From: Syntrophaceae bacterium UBA6252 | GTDB lineage: Bacteria; Desulfobacterota; Syntrophia; Syntrophales; UBA6807 | DNA: 64,000 nucleotides | Assembly (NCBI GenBank): GCA_002441265.1 | Contig: DJVQ01000036.1 | Coordinates: 37,057 to 101,056 of the forward strand | Reading direction: 5' to 3' | Shown: piece after piece, positions 56,087 to 64,000 of the stretch | How the letters are laid out: every line of letters starts with the position of its first letter | How positions within the stretch are numbered: position 1 is the first letter of the stretch | Notes under the pieces: model-generated | What the model saw: only the letters and a program-made list of their open reading frames with translations | Database searches by the model: none | Told to the model about the DNA's origin: nothing | Program-made: the position numbers and the translations under genes

Positions 56087-57532
56087 TCAGGGACCGTCCT
56101 CCTTCCCGGGGAAGAGGGACCGGTAGAGGCCGTCGAACCGGTCTTTCCCGGCGGCAAGAAGAAAGGTGAGGGGCAACGCCTTCCTCGCGAGGCGGACCAT
56201 GGCGGCCGTCGTCTCCCGGATGTCCCACTGGGCATGGCGGTCCTCCCGGAGCCGGGACATGTGGTACAGCTCGCGGGCGTTCACCTTGAGAAGCACCCGT
56301 TTCCGGTGGGCGTTGGTGAGAATGTAGGGCGCGGCGCCGGGGGCCTTCTCCACGATCCGGCGGTACAGTGCGTCCGTATCCGCGACGAGGTCGCGGAAGG
56401 GTCCCTCCATGCCCGCTTCCGTTATGGAGGGGGGGACGGTCGCTCCCAGTCCGGGATCGTACTCCTGGGTCGTGAGGGTGGCCATGCGGTGCCTTTTGAG
56501 CTGAGCGAAGCAGCTTGCGCTGACCACGAGCTCGAAAGTGAGTTCGACGTGTTCGAACGCCCGGGGAGGGGCGTCGTGGGCCCGCATGTCCTCCAGGGCG
56601 GCCCGAACGAGGCCCTCCCGTTCCCCGGGGGACATGGCCGCGGCCCTCTTCAGGCAGTCCGCGGCGGAAAGGCGCGAAGCGGAATGAAGGAGCCACGCGA
56701 CGAGTTTTTCGTCCCCGTCCGCCGTCCAGGCGACGAGGGCCGCGTTCCCGTCCGATCCTTCCCGTTCGTTCCGTTCCACCGGTTCCCCGGCCTGGGGGAC
56801 CGCTTTCTCCCGGAGCCGTTTCACCCGTTCCAGGTCGTACGCGGTGGGCTTCACGTACCGCACCAGCGAGGGCGCGGCACCGATGACCGCCCCGTACAGT
56901 CCGTCCGCGAAGTCTCTCACTTCCTTCAGGGGATGGGCCGCGCAGCGGCGGATCATGAGTTCCAGATTGCGGGCGTTCAGGGTCATGCCGAGCTGGGTTT
57001 CCGTGGCGAGGGAAAGGGCGTACCTTGCGTCTTCCCTGGCGGATTCACCGGCGGCGGCCGCCGTCCCGCCGGCGGACCGGAGCCGTTCCTCCCGGATGGC
57101 CTCGTCCAGTTTCAGATACAGGTCGTTCTGGCGTCCGATCATTTCCCGGAACGGCGCCTCCAGCCCCGCCAGGACGATTTCCCGGGGAAGGACGAAGCCC
57201 CCTTCGAGACGGACGTAGCGCTGGGATTTCTCCGTGTAGGAACACAGGCGGAAGCTTTCCACCGCCTCCACGGCGAGCCGCGAGATGTCGAGGACGTCCA
57301 GGTTGAAGACGGCGTGCTCGGCGATGGAACTGTGTCCCATGTCGAAAACGATCGACCGGTTCGATTTCCTCGCCTTTTCCACCTCGTTCCGCGAGGCGCG
57401 CCGCAGCTCGGGCACGGAAAGCGGGCTCCGGCTGATCCGGGCATAGGCCGCGGAAAGGGTTTCCGGGGTCAGCCTGTCGGGGGAAACGGGACCGGTCTGC
57501 GCCTCCCGGATCACGTCATGGTCGATGTTCAT
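56087..57532 (-). CDS. thyX: Tandem-domain FAD-dependent thymidylate synthase ThyX-like protein
   Basis: About 481 aa from the ATG at 57532 (start uncertain). The N-half has SIAEHAVF...FRLCSYTEKSQRY. The C-half has FEHVELTFELV...LKRHRMATLTTQ. Confidence 0.78.
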   Translation of the reverse strand: MNIDHDVIREAQTGPVSPDRLTPETLSAAYARISRSPLSVPELRRASRNEVEKARKSNRSIVFDMGHSSIAEHAVFNLDVLDISRLAVEAVESFRLCSYTEKSQRYVRLEGGFVLPREIVLAGLEAPFREMIGRQNDLYLKLDEAIREERLRSAGGTAAAAGESAREDARYALSLATETQLGMTLNARNLELMIRRCAAHPLKEVRDFADGLYGAVIGAAPSLVRYVKPTAYDLERVKRLREKAVPQAGEPVERNEREGSDGNAALVAWTADGDEKLVAWLLHSASRLSAADCLKRAAAMSPGEREGLVRAALEDMRAHDAPPRAFEHVELTFELVVSASCFAQLKRHRMATLTTQEYDPGLGATVPPSITEAGMEGPFRDLVADTDALYRRIVEKAPGAAPYILTNAHRKRVLLKVNARELYHMSRLREDRHAQWDIRETTAAMVRLARKALPLTFLLAAGKDRFDGLYRSLFPGKEDGP

Positions 57533-57717
57533 TCCTGCGAGAAGTACTTCCAAGAGAGGCCCCCCTTTCGTGGATCGCTTCCGCCGCCCCTGCCGGCGGC
57601 CGCCGGGTCCCCGTGCGCGTGCGGCCGGCTTCCCGGCCGGGCGGAGCCCGGTCACAACCGTTTACCATGAAAACGGCGCTTCCGGGAAGACCCGGGATGC
57701 GGTTCGGCGGATTTTCC

Positions 57718-58869
57718 TCATTCCAGGAGCTTTTCGAGGCGGCGGATCCGGAAGTCGAGAACGAGGTCGATGAAGCGCGGGGAGGAAAGCGGCGGATCGT
57801 CCATGTGGAAGAGGTGGCTCCCGCAGGAGCAGTCGGAGGAGCCGAATCCCGGAACGGGCCGGCCGGTCAGCTCGAAAAGCCTTCGGGCGAGCTCGTGTTC
57901 GTCGTCGAAGCTGGACCGGATGGGGACGGCGACGGCGCGGTCCGCGGCGTTCCGGAGAAAGTCGATGTGCCAGTGGAAGGTTTTCCGAAGTCTCAGGTGC
58001 CGTTCGACCCGCCGCGATAGGCCGCGCTTCGCGGAACCGACGTAGATGTAGTGCCCCTTCTCGAAGGAAACGTTCCCGAGCTTTCCCACGGCAAGCGAAA
58101 TTCCCCGGTCGAGGCGGAGAAGAAGGAGGTAGCTTCCCCGGTCCTTCGCCTCCCGCCGGATCAGGTCCCAGGGAATGGCGAGGTCCCTGACCTCCGGGGA
58201 GAGGCTGAGGTCTTCGTTCCACCGGGCCGCCACGGCCTGGAGGCGGAGTCTGTCCCTTACGGCGAGAAAGGTTTCGGTGAAGTCCGGGTCGGTGTGGTAG
58301 TCGGGGAGGAAAAAGCGGGCCCGGGGCCACTGGACGAAAAAAAGAACGCCGCAGTCTTTCCCGTTCCCGGCGATCCGGGACAGGGCCTCCAGATGCCGCT
58401 TTCCCCGTGCGGTCACCGCATCGGGAAACATGGCGATCCCGTTGCCGAAAAGGGTGCACGACTTCACTTCCAGGTAGAAGGGTCGCCCGTTTCTTCGAAG
58501 GAGAAAATCGAACCGGCTCTCCCCGACGGTTTTCTCCCTTTCGATCCCGCCGATGGTTTCGAAGCCCGGGACGGCGCCCCGCCGCAGGAGCCACTCCACG
58601 GCCCGGTTCGTTTCGTGGGTGTGGAGAAAGACGGGAAGGTCCTCCCGGAGGACCGCCACGGCGGTGTATCTCGTCTTTCTTTCCGCCCCGCGGTTCTCGG
58701 CGAGGAATACCGTCCGTCCGGGCAGGAGCAGTTCCCAGAGCCTCCCCGGGTTGGGGAGGTGGGCCTGGACGGCCTTCCCGTCGAGAAGACATTCCACGGC
58801 GAAGCGGTTCGGGCGGCGGAGAAACTCCGCCCGTCTCGTTTCCGGAAACAGGACCAGACGGTCGTCCAT
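57718..58869 (-). CDS. sfsA: SfsA-family nuclease-like domain fused to a C-terminal DUF123 (GIY-YIG superfamily) domain
   Basis: 383 aa. The N-terminal ~235 aa have RPNRFAVECLLDGKAVQAHLPNPGRL...SRFDFLL...YLEVKSCTL...FPDAVTARGKRHL. The C-terminal ~140 aa have YIYVGSAKRGLSRRVERHLR...HWHIDFL...GFGSSDCSCGSHLF. Confidence 0.85.
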   Translation of the reverse strand: MDDRLVLFPETRRAEFLRRPNRFAVECLLDGKAVQAHLPNPGRLWELLLPGRTVFLAENRGAERKTRYTAVAVLREDLPVFLHTHETNRAVEWLLRRGAVPGFETIGGIEREKTVGESRFDFLLRRNGRPFYLEVKSCTLFGNGIAMFPDAVTARGKRHLEALSRIAGNGKDCGVLFFVQWPRARFFLPDYHTDPDFTETFLAVRDRLRLQAVAARWNEDLSLSPEVRDLAIPWDLIRREAKDRGSYLLLLRLDRGISLAVGKLGNVSFEKGHYIYVGSAKRGLSRRVERHLRLRKTFHWHIDFLRNAADRAVAVPIRSSFDDEHELARRLFELTGRPVPGFGSSDCSCGSHLFHMDDPPLSSPRFIDLVLDFRIRRLEKLLE

Positions 58870-58948
58870 AGAAATTACCCTTCAAAAGCGCTGAACGGGG
58901 TCAGTCCCGGGATTCAAGGCGAAACGTCAAGGCCTGTTTCCCGATCCG

Positions 58949-59296
58949 TCAACGGGGGCTCGGTTTCCTGGCGCGTCCTGTTTTCCGATTCGCCGGGACA
59001 AGTTTGATTTCGAGGCGACATCCCACGGCCTTTGCATATTTTTGAAGCGTCGTCAGAGACGGGGCGTGCTTCCCCGCCGATTCCAGACGGGAAACGGAAC
59101 TTTTGGTGGTTCCCATCAATTCCGCGACAGCTTCCTGCGTAAGTCCCGAATTCGAACGTGCGGAAAGCATTGCCCGTATGAGAGCATGCCTCTCCTCCAG
59201 CTCTTCGTATGCCTTGGAAAATCCTTTCCGCTTCCGGGCATCTCTGAGAAATGTCTCATGGTCGTGAGGCACCGGCTTGTATTTCAATTCAGTCAC
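58949..59296 (-). CDS. higA: XRE-family HTH antitoxin (HigA-like)
   Basis: 115 aa. GLTQEAVAELMGTTKSSVSRLE helix-turn-helix. It overlaps the toxin gene by 8 nt. Confidence 0.85.
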   Translation of the reverse strand: MTELKYKPVPHDHETFLRDARKRKGFSKAYEELEERHALIRAMLSARSNSGLTQEAVAELMGTTKSSVSRLESAGKHAPSLTTLQKYAKAVGCRLEIKLVPANRKTGRARKPSPR

Positions 59297-59615
59297 CCTG
59301 TACCTCCTTCATTCTTTTTCGGGCCGTCCTCAATTCCCTGTAAGGGGTGTTCTGAGATTTCTTGATGAACGCATGAAGGATAACGATGCGTCGGCCGATG
59401 AGGAAACAGTAAAACGCGCGGCCAATGCCTTCCCGGCCTCGCGGCCGGAGTTCGAAAAGCCCGTCTCCCATGGTTCGCGAATGCGGCATGCGTACATCCG
59501 GCCCGAATTCCATCAGCAGTTCCATCATCCGTGCATAATCGGCGAGTACGCCGGCGGGCCAGGTTTCGATCTCATCCTTGACGCGCAAATGGAAATACTC
59601 GATGGAATAGAGCAT
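59289..59615 (-). CDS. higB: RelE/HigB-type toxin (phage Gp49-like, DUF891)
   Basis: 108 aa. LFELRPRGREGIGRAFYCFLIGRRIVILHAFIKKSQNTP pattern. The gene order is toxin first. Confidence 0.85.
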   Translation of the reverse strand: MLYSIEYFHLRVKDEIETWPAGVLADYARMMELLMEFGPDVRMPHSRTMGDGLFELRPRGREGIGRAFYCFLIGRRIVILHAFIKKSQNTPYRELRTARKRMKEVQGD

Positions 59616-59656
59616 GTGTTGAAGTTAGCAAATGTGCTAACATTTGTCAATGACAA
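59616..59656 (-). promoter_or_regulatory. higBA promoter with two palindromic operator candidates
   Basis: Minus strand reads TTGACA-N17-TAACTT, ending 6 nt before the ATG. Palindromes are GTTAGCA-AATG-TGCTAAC (59624-59641) and TTGTCA-A-TGACAA (59644-59656). Confidence 0.5.
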
Positions 59657-59664
59657 AGCAAGAC

Positions 59665-59719
59665 GGGGTCAGTCCTTGACGTTTGACCATTTGCTTGTCA
59701 AACGTCAAGGACTGACCCC
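59665..59719. repeat. Perfect 23-bp-stem inverted repeat (hairpin) between the DUF3568-like gene and higB
   Basis: GGGGTCAGTCCTTGACGTTTGAC-CATTTGCTT-GTCAAACGTCAAGGACTGACCCC. Confidence 0.8.
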
Positions 59720-59784
59720 GTATTCAGACTCCGGATTCAACGCCGGACGTCAAGAACCGGCCGCGAATCCGGCGTTTCGTGCGG

Positions 59785-60177
59785 TCACCTTTTGAGAAGG
59801 TTTTCCTTGATCCGGTCGTGGATCTGCTGGGACATGGCGTTGTTGCCCGAGATTCCAACCCGGACGCCCACGGTGATCACGTTGTATTCGGCGTATTCGA
59901 TGAAGATGTCCACCTTGTCTTCCGCAATGGTGCCCGAGATCGTGCCCTTGGAGATCTTCCTCTCTTCCATGATTTCCTTCGCGCCCATGTTCCGGAGGGC
60001 CTGCACGCAGGCCGTCCAGACGGCCTCGAAGGGGGCGTGGTAATTGGTTCTCAGGGTGCCGTCGGTGAAAAAGAATCTTCCCGACTGGATGCCCACCGTC
60101 TGGTTCCCCACGGTAACGGCGCAACCGGCGATGAACGCCGGAAGGACAATCAGCAAAAGGATCAGGGTCTTCTTCAC
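59785..60177 (-). CDS. DUF3568-like lipoprotein
   Basis: 130 aa from the GTG at 60177, preceded by AAGGAGGAG. Lipobox FIAGC. The track ORF extends to 60225. Confidence 0.72.
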   Translation of the reverse strand: MKKTLILLLIVLPAFIAGCAVTVGNQTVGIQSGRFFFTDGTLRTNYHAPFEAVWTACVQALRNMGAKEIMEERKISKGTISGTIAEDKVDIFIEYAEYNVITVGVRVGISGNNAMSQQIHDRIKENLLKR

Positions 60178-60336
60178 TGTGCTCCTCCTTTCCTCCCGCC
60201 CCGGCCGCTCCGGTGGTTCCTTCACGCGGGGAAGATGAGCAAACTATAGGAGAACCGGACGGACCTGTCAATAGATCCTTCCGGGCCCGCTTTTCAATGC
60301 GGTTCCGCGGTCCGGCCGTTCAAGGCCGGCGCGTGC

Positions 60337-61185
60337 TCAGTGAAAGAAACGGAGAAACACCGCATAGGCCAGGGCGTAAACGAGGATCCCCGCGGTGAGG
60401 AGCACCGTCGCCCCGGAAAGGAGACGCTGGAGAGGGCTTTCCCTGCGAAGGTCCGCGTAGCCGAGAAGAAATCCCAGGAGGATTCCCCCCACGAGGCCGC
60501 CGCCGTGGGCCCAGTTGTTGATCCCCGGCACCATGAAGCCGAAGAGGATCAACCCGATGGTCCATCCCATGACCTGGCGGTAGACGATGTTCCCGTAAAG
60601 GCCCCCCCGGCTTTTCCCGTAGTAGAGGGTGGCGCCGATCAGACCGCAGATGCTTGCCGACGCCCCGATGGTGAAGGGAATGCCCGCGAGCCAGGAAACG
60701 AGGAATCCGAGAACGCCGCTCCAGGTATACACGAGAAAGAAGCGGTGGAAGCCGTATTCGCGGAGAACGAAGGGACCGAGCTGGAGAAAGGCGAGCATGT
60801 TGAAGAAGATGTGAAGGAGCCCCCCGTGGAGATAGGACGCCGAGATGAGGGTCCACCAGCGGTGGAGCTGGTCGATGGGAATCGTTCCCGTGGCGCCGAG
60901 GAGAAAGAGGCTCGTGCTGGAGGGGGAGAGGAAGGTGAAAGGGTTCATTCCCAGTCCGGGAACGGAGGGGTTCAGGACCAGGGATGCGAGGAAAAAGGCC
61001 ACGTTCACGTAGAGAATGATCCGGATCCAGTCCCTGTTTCCGTCGATGAACCGGAAGGAGAGGATCCGCTGGGCCGATCCGCCGGGTCTTAACAGCCCGC
61101 AGTAGGGACACCGGGGCTCGTCGGCGCTGATCAGCTTCCGGCAGTTGGGGCACAGTATCGAATTTCGTTCCCGTTGCTGTTCCAT
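60337..61185 (-). CDS. Rhomboid-family intramembrane serine protease with an N-terminal zinc ribbon
   Basis: 282 aa from the ATG at 61185; the track ORF to 62229 is over-extended. CPNCRK...CPYCG, HGGLLHIFFNM and GASASICG (catalytic Ser) motifs. Confidence 0.88.
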   Translation of the reverse strand: MEQQRERNSILCPNCRKLISADEPRCPYCGLLRPGGSAQRILSFRFIDGNRDWIRIILYVNVAFFLASLVLNPSVPGLGMNPFTFLSPSSTSLFLLGATGTIPIDQLHRWWTLISASYLHGGLLHIFFNMLAFLQLGPFVLREYGFHRFFLVYTWSGVLGFLVSWLAGIPFTIGASASICGLIGATLYYGKSRGGLYGNIVYRQVMGWTIGLILFGFMVPGINNWAHGGGLVGGILLGFLLGYADLRRESPLQRLLSGATVLLTAGILVYALAYAVFLRFFH

Positions 61186-61205
61186 GATTGCTCTTCCTCT
61201 TTTCC

Positions 61206-62369
61206 TCAGCCCGGCGGAAGATACCGGACCATGAGCGGGATGGCGGCAAAAGTCCCGATGACGCTGCCGAGGTTGACGAAAATGACGAGAAGGAGAATGC
61301 GGGTGATCTTGTTTCTCCAGAATCCGCGCAGGGAGGAAATGTCCTCCCTCAGATGAACGAAATCCGAGACGCGGGGCTTCCTCACGGAGGCCTCCACCAG
61401 GCCGGCGACCCAGCCCGCCGCGATCATGGGGTTCAGGGACGTGAACGGCGCGGCGGCGAAAGAGGCGGCGATCGTCGCGGGGTGCGCGAAGGCGGCGAGG
61501 GCCCCCAGGGCGGCCAGAACGCCGTTCGCCAGGACCCACCACTTCACCATTCCCAGCCCGGCCTCCGCGCCGGACCGGAAAAAGCCGGCGATGATGAGCG
61601 CCAGGATTCCCAGGGGGATGGCCCAGCCGATGATTCTGCCCAATCGTCCGCGAGGCGGGATTCGTTCCAGTTCCTTCATGTCCTGGTCCTTCCCCAGGTA
61701 GCGGAGGATGCCGGGAACGTGGCCCGCTCCGGCGACGGCGACGATCTTTTTTCCGGGGGCGTGGGAAACGCTGTGGGCGATGTACCGGTCCCGCTCGTCG
61801 ATCAGGGTCTCCCGGATCTCGGGAAGTTTTGAACCGAAGGCCTGAAGCGCCGTTTCGAGGGCGTCGCGGTTTTTCAGATTCTCGATGTCCTCCTCGGTGA
61901 TTTCCTCGGAGAACAGGAAGGAGAGGGGGACCTCCGCGGCGAGGCGGAGACGGCTGGTGAATCTCATTTTCCGCCATGTCCGCAGCATGGTGGTCCGGAT
62001 GTCCCGGTCGGCGAGAACGACCCGGGCCCCCGTCGCCTCCGCCCGGGCCACGGCCCGGAGCATTTCCTCCCCCGGCCGGACGCCGAACCGGTCCGCGAGT
62101 TTTTTCTGGAAGGAGGCCATGAGGAGCTGGGCGAGGAGCTGGGCGGACTGCTTTTTCCGGATCACCTGGAAAAGGTCCGTTTTTTCCCATTCCTCCTTCC
62201 GGGTGATGGCTTCGTACCGCGACCGGCACAGCTCGACGCAGACCGTGTCCGGCCTTTCCCCGTCGATGATCCGCTCCACGAGATCGGCGCTTTCCCGGGA
62301 AACGTGGGCGGTCCCGACGAGAACGATTTCCCTGTCCTCCAATGATATCCGGTGTACGTTTTCTTCCAT
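61206..62369 (-). CDS. TraB/GumN family protein
   Basis: 387 aa from the ATG at 62369. IVLVGTAHVSRESADLV motif and a hydrophobic C-terminal region. Confidence 0.84.
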   Translation of the reverse strand: MEENVHRISLEDREIVLVGTAHVSRESADLVERIIDGERPDTVCVELCRSRYEAITRKEEWEKTDLFQVIRKKQSAQLLAQLLMASFQKKLADRFGVRPGEEMLRAVARAEATGARVVLADRDIRTTMLRTWRKMRFTSRLRLAAEVPLSFLFSEEITEEDIENLKNRDALETALQAFGSKLPEIRETLIDERDRYIAHSVSHAPGKKIVAVAGAGHVPGILRYLGKDQDMKELERIPPRGRLGRIIGWAIPLGILALIIAGFFRSGAEAGLGMVKWWVLANGVLAALGALAAFAHPATIAASFAAAPFTSLNPMIAAGWVAGLVEASVRKPRVSDFVHLREDISSLRGFWRNKITRILLLVIFVNLGSVIGTFAAIPLMVRYLPPG

Positions 62370-62503
62370 TGGCACCCGTCTCGAAATCGACAGGAAACCT
62401 ACCAGTTGAGGAAACCCTTGTAAAGAGAAAAGAGGGACATACCGTTTGCCCTCGAGGACAAAATGAAATAAGTAGGTATGCGGACGGTTACGGGGAGGCT
62501 TCA

Positions 62504-63697
62504 TTGCGATCGAGACAGGCGGACGTGAGAATCGGGACCATCGCCTTCGGCGGGGAAGGGGTGGGGCGGATCGGCGAAAAGGTCGTCTTCGTCCCCTTCA
62601 CGGCCGCGGGCGACACGGTCCGGGTGGAGATCACGGAGGAGCGGAAGCGCTATCTCCGGGGGGTGCCGCTGGACGTTCTCGAGCCGGGACCGGAAAGGCG
62701 GAATCCTCCCTGTCCCCTCTTCGGGCGTTGCGGCGGCTGCGATTACCAGCACCTTTCACCGGGGGAGCAGCTTTCCGTCAAGGAACGGCAGGTCCGGGAG
62801 GTGTTCCAGCGGATCGGAAAGATTCCCGATCCCCCCGTCCTTCCCATCGTTCCCTCGCCGGAGGTCTTCCACTACCGGGGGAAGGGGGAGTACCACCTCC
62901 GCCGCGGAAAGGGCAGGGTACCGGCGTTCGGCTTCATGGACGTCCGGGGGGGAACGGTGGTCCCCGTGTCCCGCTGCCTTCTCATGGACGATTCCATCAA
63001 CGGGGCGGCGAACCGGTTTTTTGCCGATGTCCTCGCAGGCCGGGCGGACGTCCCGGACGGCCGGTACGTTTTCTGGTCCGACGGGGAATCGGCCGGTTCC
63101 GGCCTTCCAGGAGAGGGCCTCCCTTTTCCCGCGGTGACGCGGCAGGTGAAAGGGGTGTCCTTTCTCGTACCCCGGGAGGGCTTTTCCCAGGCCAATCTCT
63201 TCCTGGCCGGGACGCTCGTAGACGAGGTCCTCGCCGCGGGGGGGTGGAAACCGGGCGATTCCGTTCTCGACGGGTACTGCGGTTCCGGCCTCTTCTCCCT
63301 GTTTCTCGCCTCCCGGGTGGCCCGGGTGACCGGCGTGGATTCCGACGGCCCGGCCGTTCTTGCCGCCCGGGCGAACGCGCTGGCGCGGGGACTGGACGGG
63401 GTCGTTTTCCTGGAGGGTACGGCGGAGGAAACCGTCAGGGACCTCCACGGGCGGGGAGCGCGTTTCGACGCCGTCCTGCTCGACCCGCCCAGGGCGGGCT
63501 GCGGGCGGTCCCTTCTCGAGACCCTCGCGGACGCTCCTCTCCGGGAAATCGTTTACGTTTCCTGCAATCCCGCCACCCAGGCCCGGGATGTCCTCCTCCT
63601 CGTGGAAAAGGGGTTCCGCCTTTCCTCTCTGCGGCCCCTGGACATGTTTCCCCAGACGAAGCACATCGAGGTGATCGCCCGGCTGACCCGTTCCTGA
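62504..63697 (+). CDS. 23S rRNA (uracil-5-)-methyltransferase RumA/RlmD family (TRAM + 4Fe-4S + MTase)
   Basis: A TTG at 62504 follows GGGGAGG; an alternative GTG is at 62525. TRAM-like GEGVGRIGEKVVFVPF, Cys cluster CPLFGRCGGCDYQH, LDGYCGSG SAM motif and the SCNPAT catalytic Cys. Confidence 0.84.
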   Translation: MRSRQADVRIGTIAFGGEGVGRIGEKVVFVPFTAAGDTVRVEITEERKRYLRGVPLDVLEPGPERRNPPCPLFGRCGGCDYQHLSPGEQLSVKERQVREVFQRIGKIPDPPVLPIVPSPEVFHYRGKGEYHLRRGKGRVPAFGFMDVRGGTVVPVSRCLLMDDSINGAANRFFADVLAGRADVPDGRYVFWSDGESAGSGLPGEGLPFPAVTRQVKGVSFLVPREGFSQANLFLAGTLVDEVLAAGGWKPGDSVLDGYCGSGLFSLFLASRVARVTGVDSDGPAVLAARANALARGLDGVVFLEGTAEETVRDLHGRGARFDAVLLDPPRAGCGRSLLETLADAPLREIVYVSCNPATQARDVLLLVEKGFRLSSLRPLDMFPQTKHIEVIARLTRS

Positions 63698-63770
63698 GGG
63701 CCGGCTTTACATTTCCCCTCTTTTGTGCATTATAAGCGGGGAAAGCGAAAACCCATCGAAAGGGAAGGAA

Positions 63771-64000
63771 ATGCCCGTCAGACCGAAAGAAGCGGCAACG
63801 GTGATCCTCCTGAGGCGGTGTCCGCCCGATGACGGCGGATTCGAGGTTCTCATGGTCCTCCGGCACCCGAAGAGCCGGTTCGTTCCCCGGGCATACGTCT
63901 TTCCCGGCGGCATCCTGGACGATGAGGACACCTCCGCCGCAATGGAGGAACGCATCGAGGGGATCGACCGCGAAGGCGCGTTCCGGATCCTCGAGGACTG
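63771..64000 (+). CDS. NUDIX-family hydrolase, 5' partial (runs off the window)
   Basis: The ATG follows GGGAAGGAA. The open frame runs to the window end: MPVRPKEAATVILLRR...EVLMVLRHPKSRFVPRAYVFPGGILDDED. Confidence 0.6.
   Translation, partial: MPVRPKEAATVILLRRCPPDDGGFEVLMVLRHPKSRFVPRAYVFPGGILDDEDTSAAMEERIEGIDREGAFRILED

Noticed and set aside
59665-59719. Integron attC site flanking the higBA cassette
   Set aside because: There is no intI integrase, no further cassettes and no clear RYYYAAC / GTTRRRY core sites. A perfect 23-bp stem is also unlike the imperfect attC bulged structure.

Overview
This is a densely coding, visibly GC-rich bacterial chromosomal segment; I did not compute GC content. 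I recognised no rRNA, tRNA, CRISPR array, transposase, integrase or phage genes.

Layout:
- 18-13482, minus strand: housekeeping genes recO, mgtE, pyrC-pyrB-pyrR (with an attenuator-like leader), lepB, secF-secD-yajC-tgt-queA and mazG.
- 13.9-19.2 kb, plus strand: a leucine/isovalerate-type (Liu-like) cluster. It holds an acyl-CoA carboxyltransferase, an enoyl-CoA hydratase, two HMG-CoA-lyase-family proteins and a 71-aa biotin carrier. No biotin carboxylase is present.
- 20-25 kb: accessory-looking genes. These are a methyltransferase with a Cys-rich in-frame duplication, an AhpD/CMD protein, and an HDAC-family amidohydrolase overlapping a hydantoinase-family gene.
- 25.5-37.4 kb: a short-chain-fatty-acid / acyl-CoA island. 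It holds two AtoE permeases, two ADP-forming acyl-CoA synthetases, a cyclase-family hydrolase, an acetyl-CoA hydrolase/transferase fused to a Pat-type GNAT, and an orphan Pta N-terminal-like protein.
- 37.4-64 kb: SOD, a YajD-like HNH protein, a GctA/B-type CoA-transferase, the ybaK-aldolase-nadE operon, a STAS/anti-sigma-kinase pair, two tandem secreted paralogues, a second CoA-transferase::GNAT fusion with a THUMP methyltransferase, Usp, an exported acetolactate-decarboxylase-like lipoprotein, dodecin, a ferritin-like protein, an MFS transporter, a tandem-domain ThyX, an SfsA::DUF123 fusion, a higBA cassette, rhomboid, TraB, a RumA-type methyltransferase and a partial NUDIX gene.

Two interspersed structured repeat families fill many intergenic regions. 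Rep-A is about 160 bp, with 8 or more copies or fragments. Rep-B is about 300 bp, in two arrays plus solo ends. Their ends often sit directly on stop codons.

The gene content suggests an anaerobic Desulfobacterota/Syntrophia-like organism, but this is inference only. The best candidates for something undescribed are the acyl-CoA/GNAT island and the repeat families. All functional assignments come from reading motifs in the translated ORFs; no database search was run.
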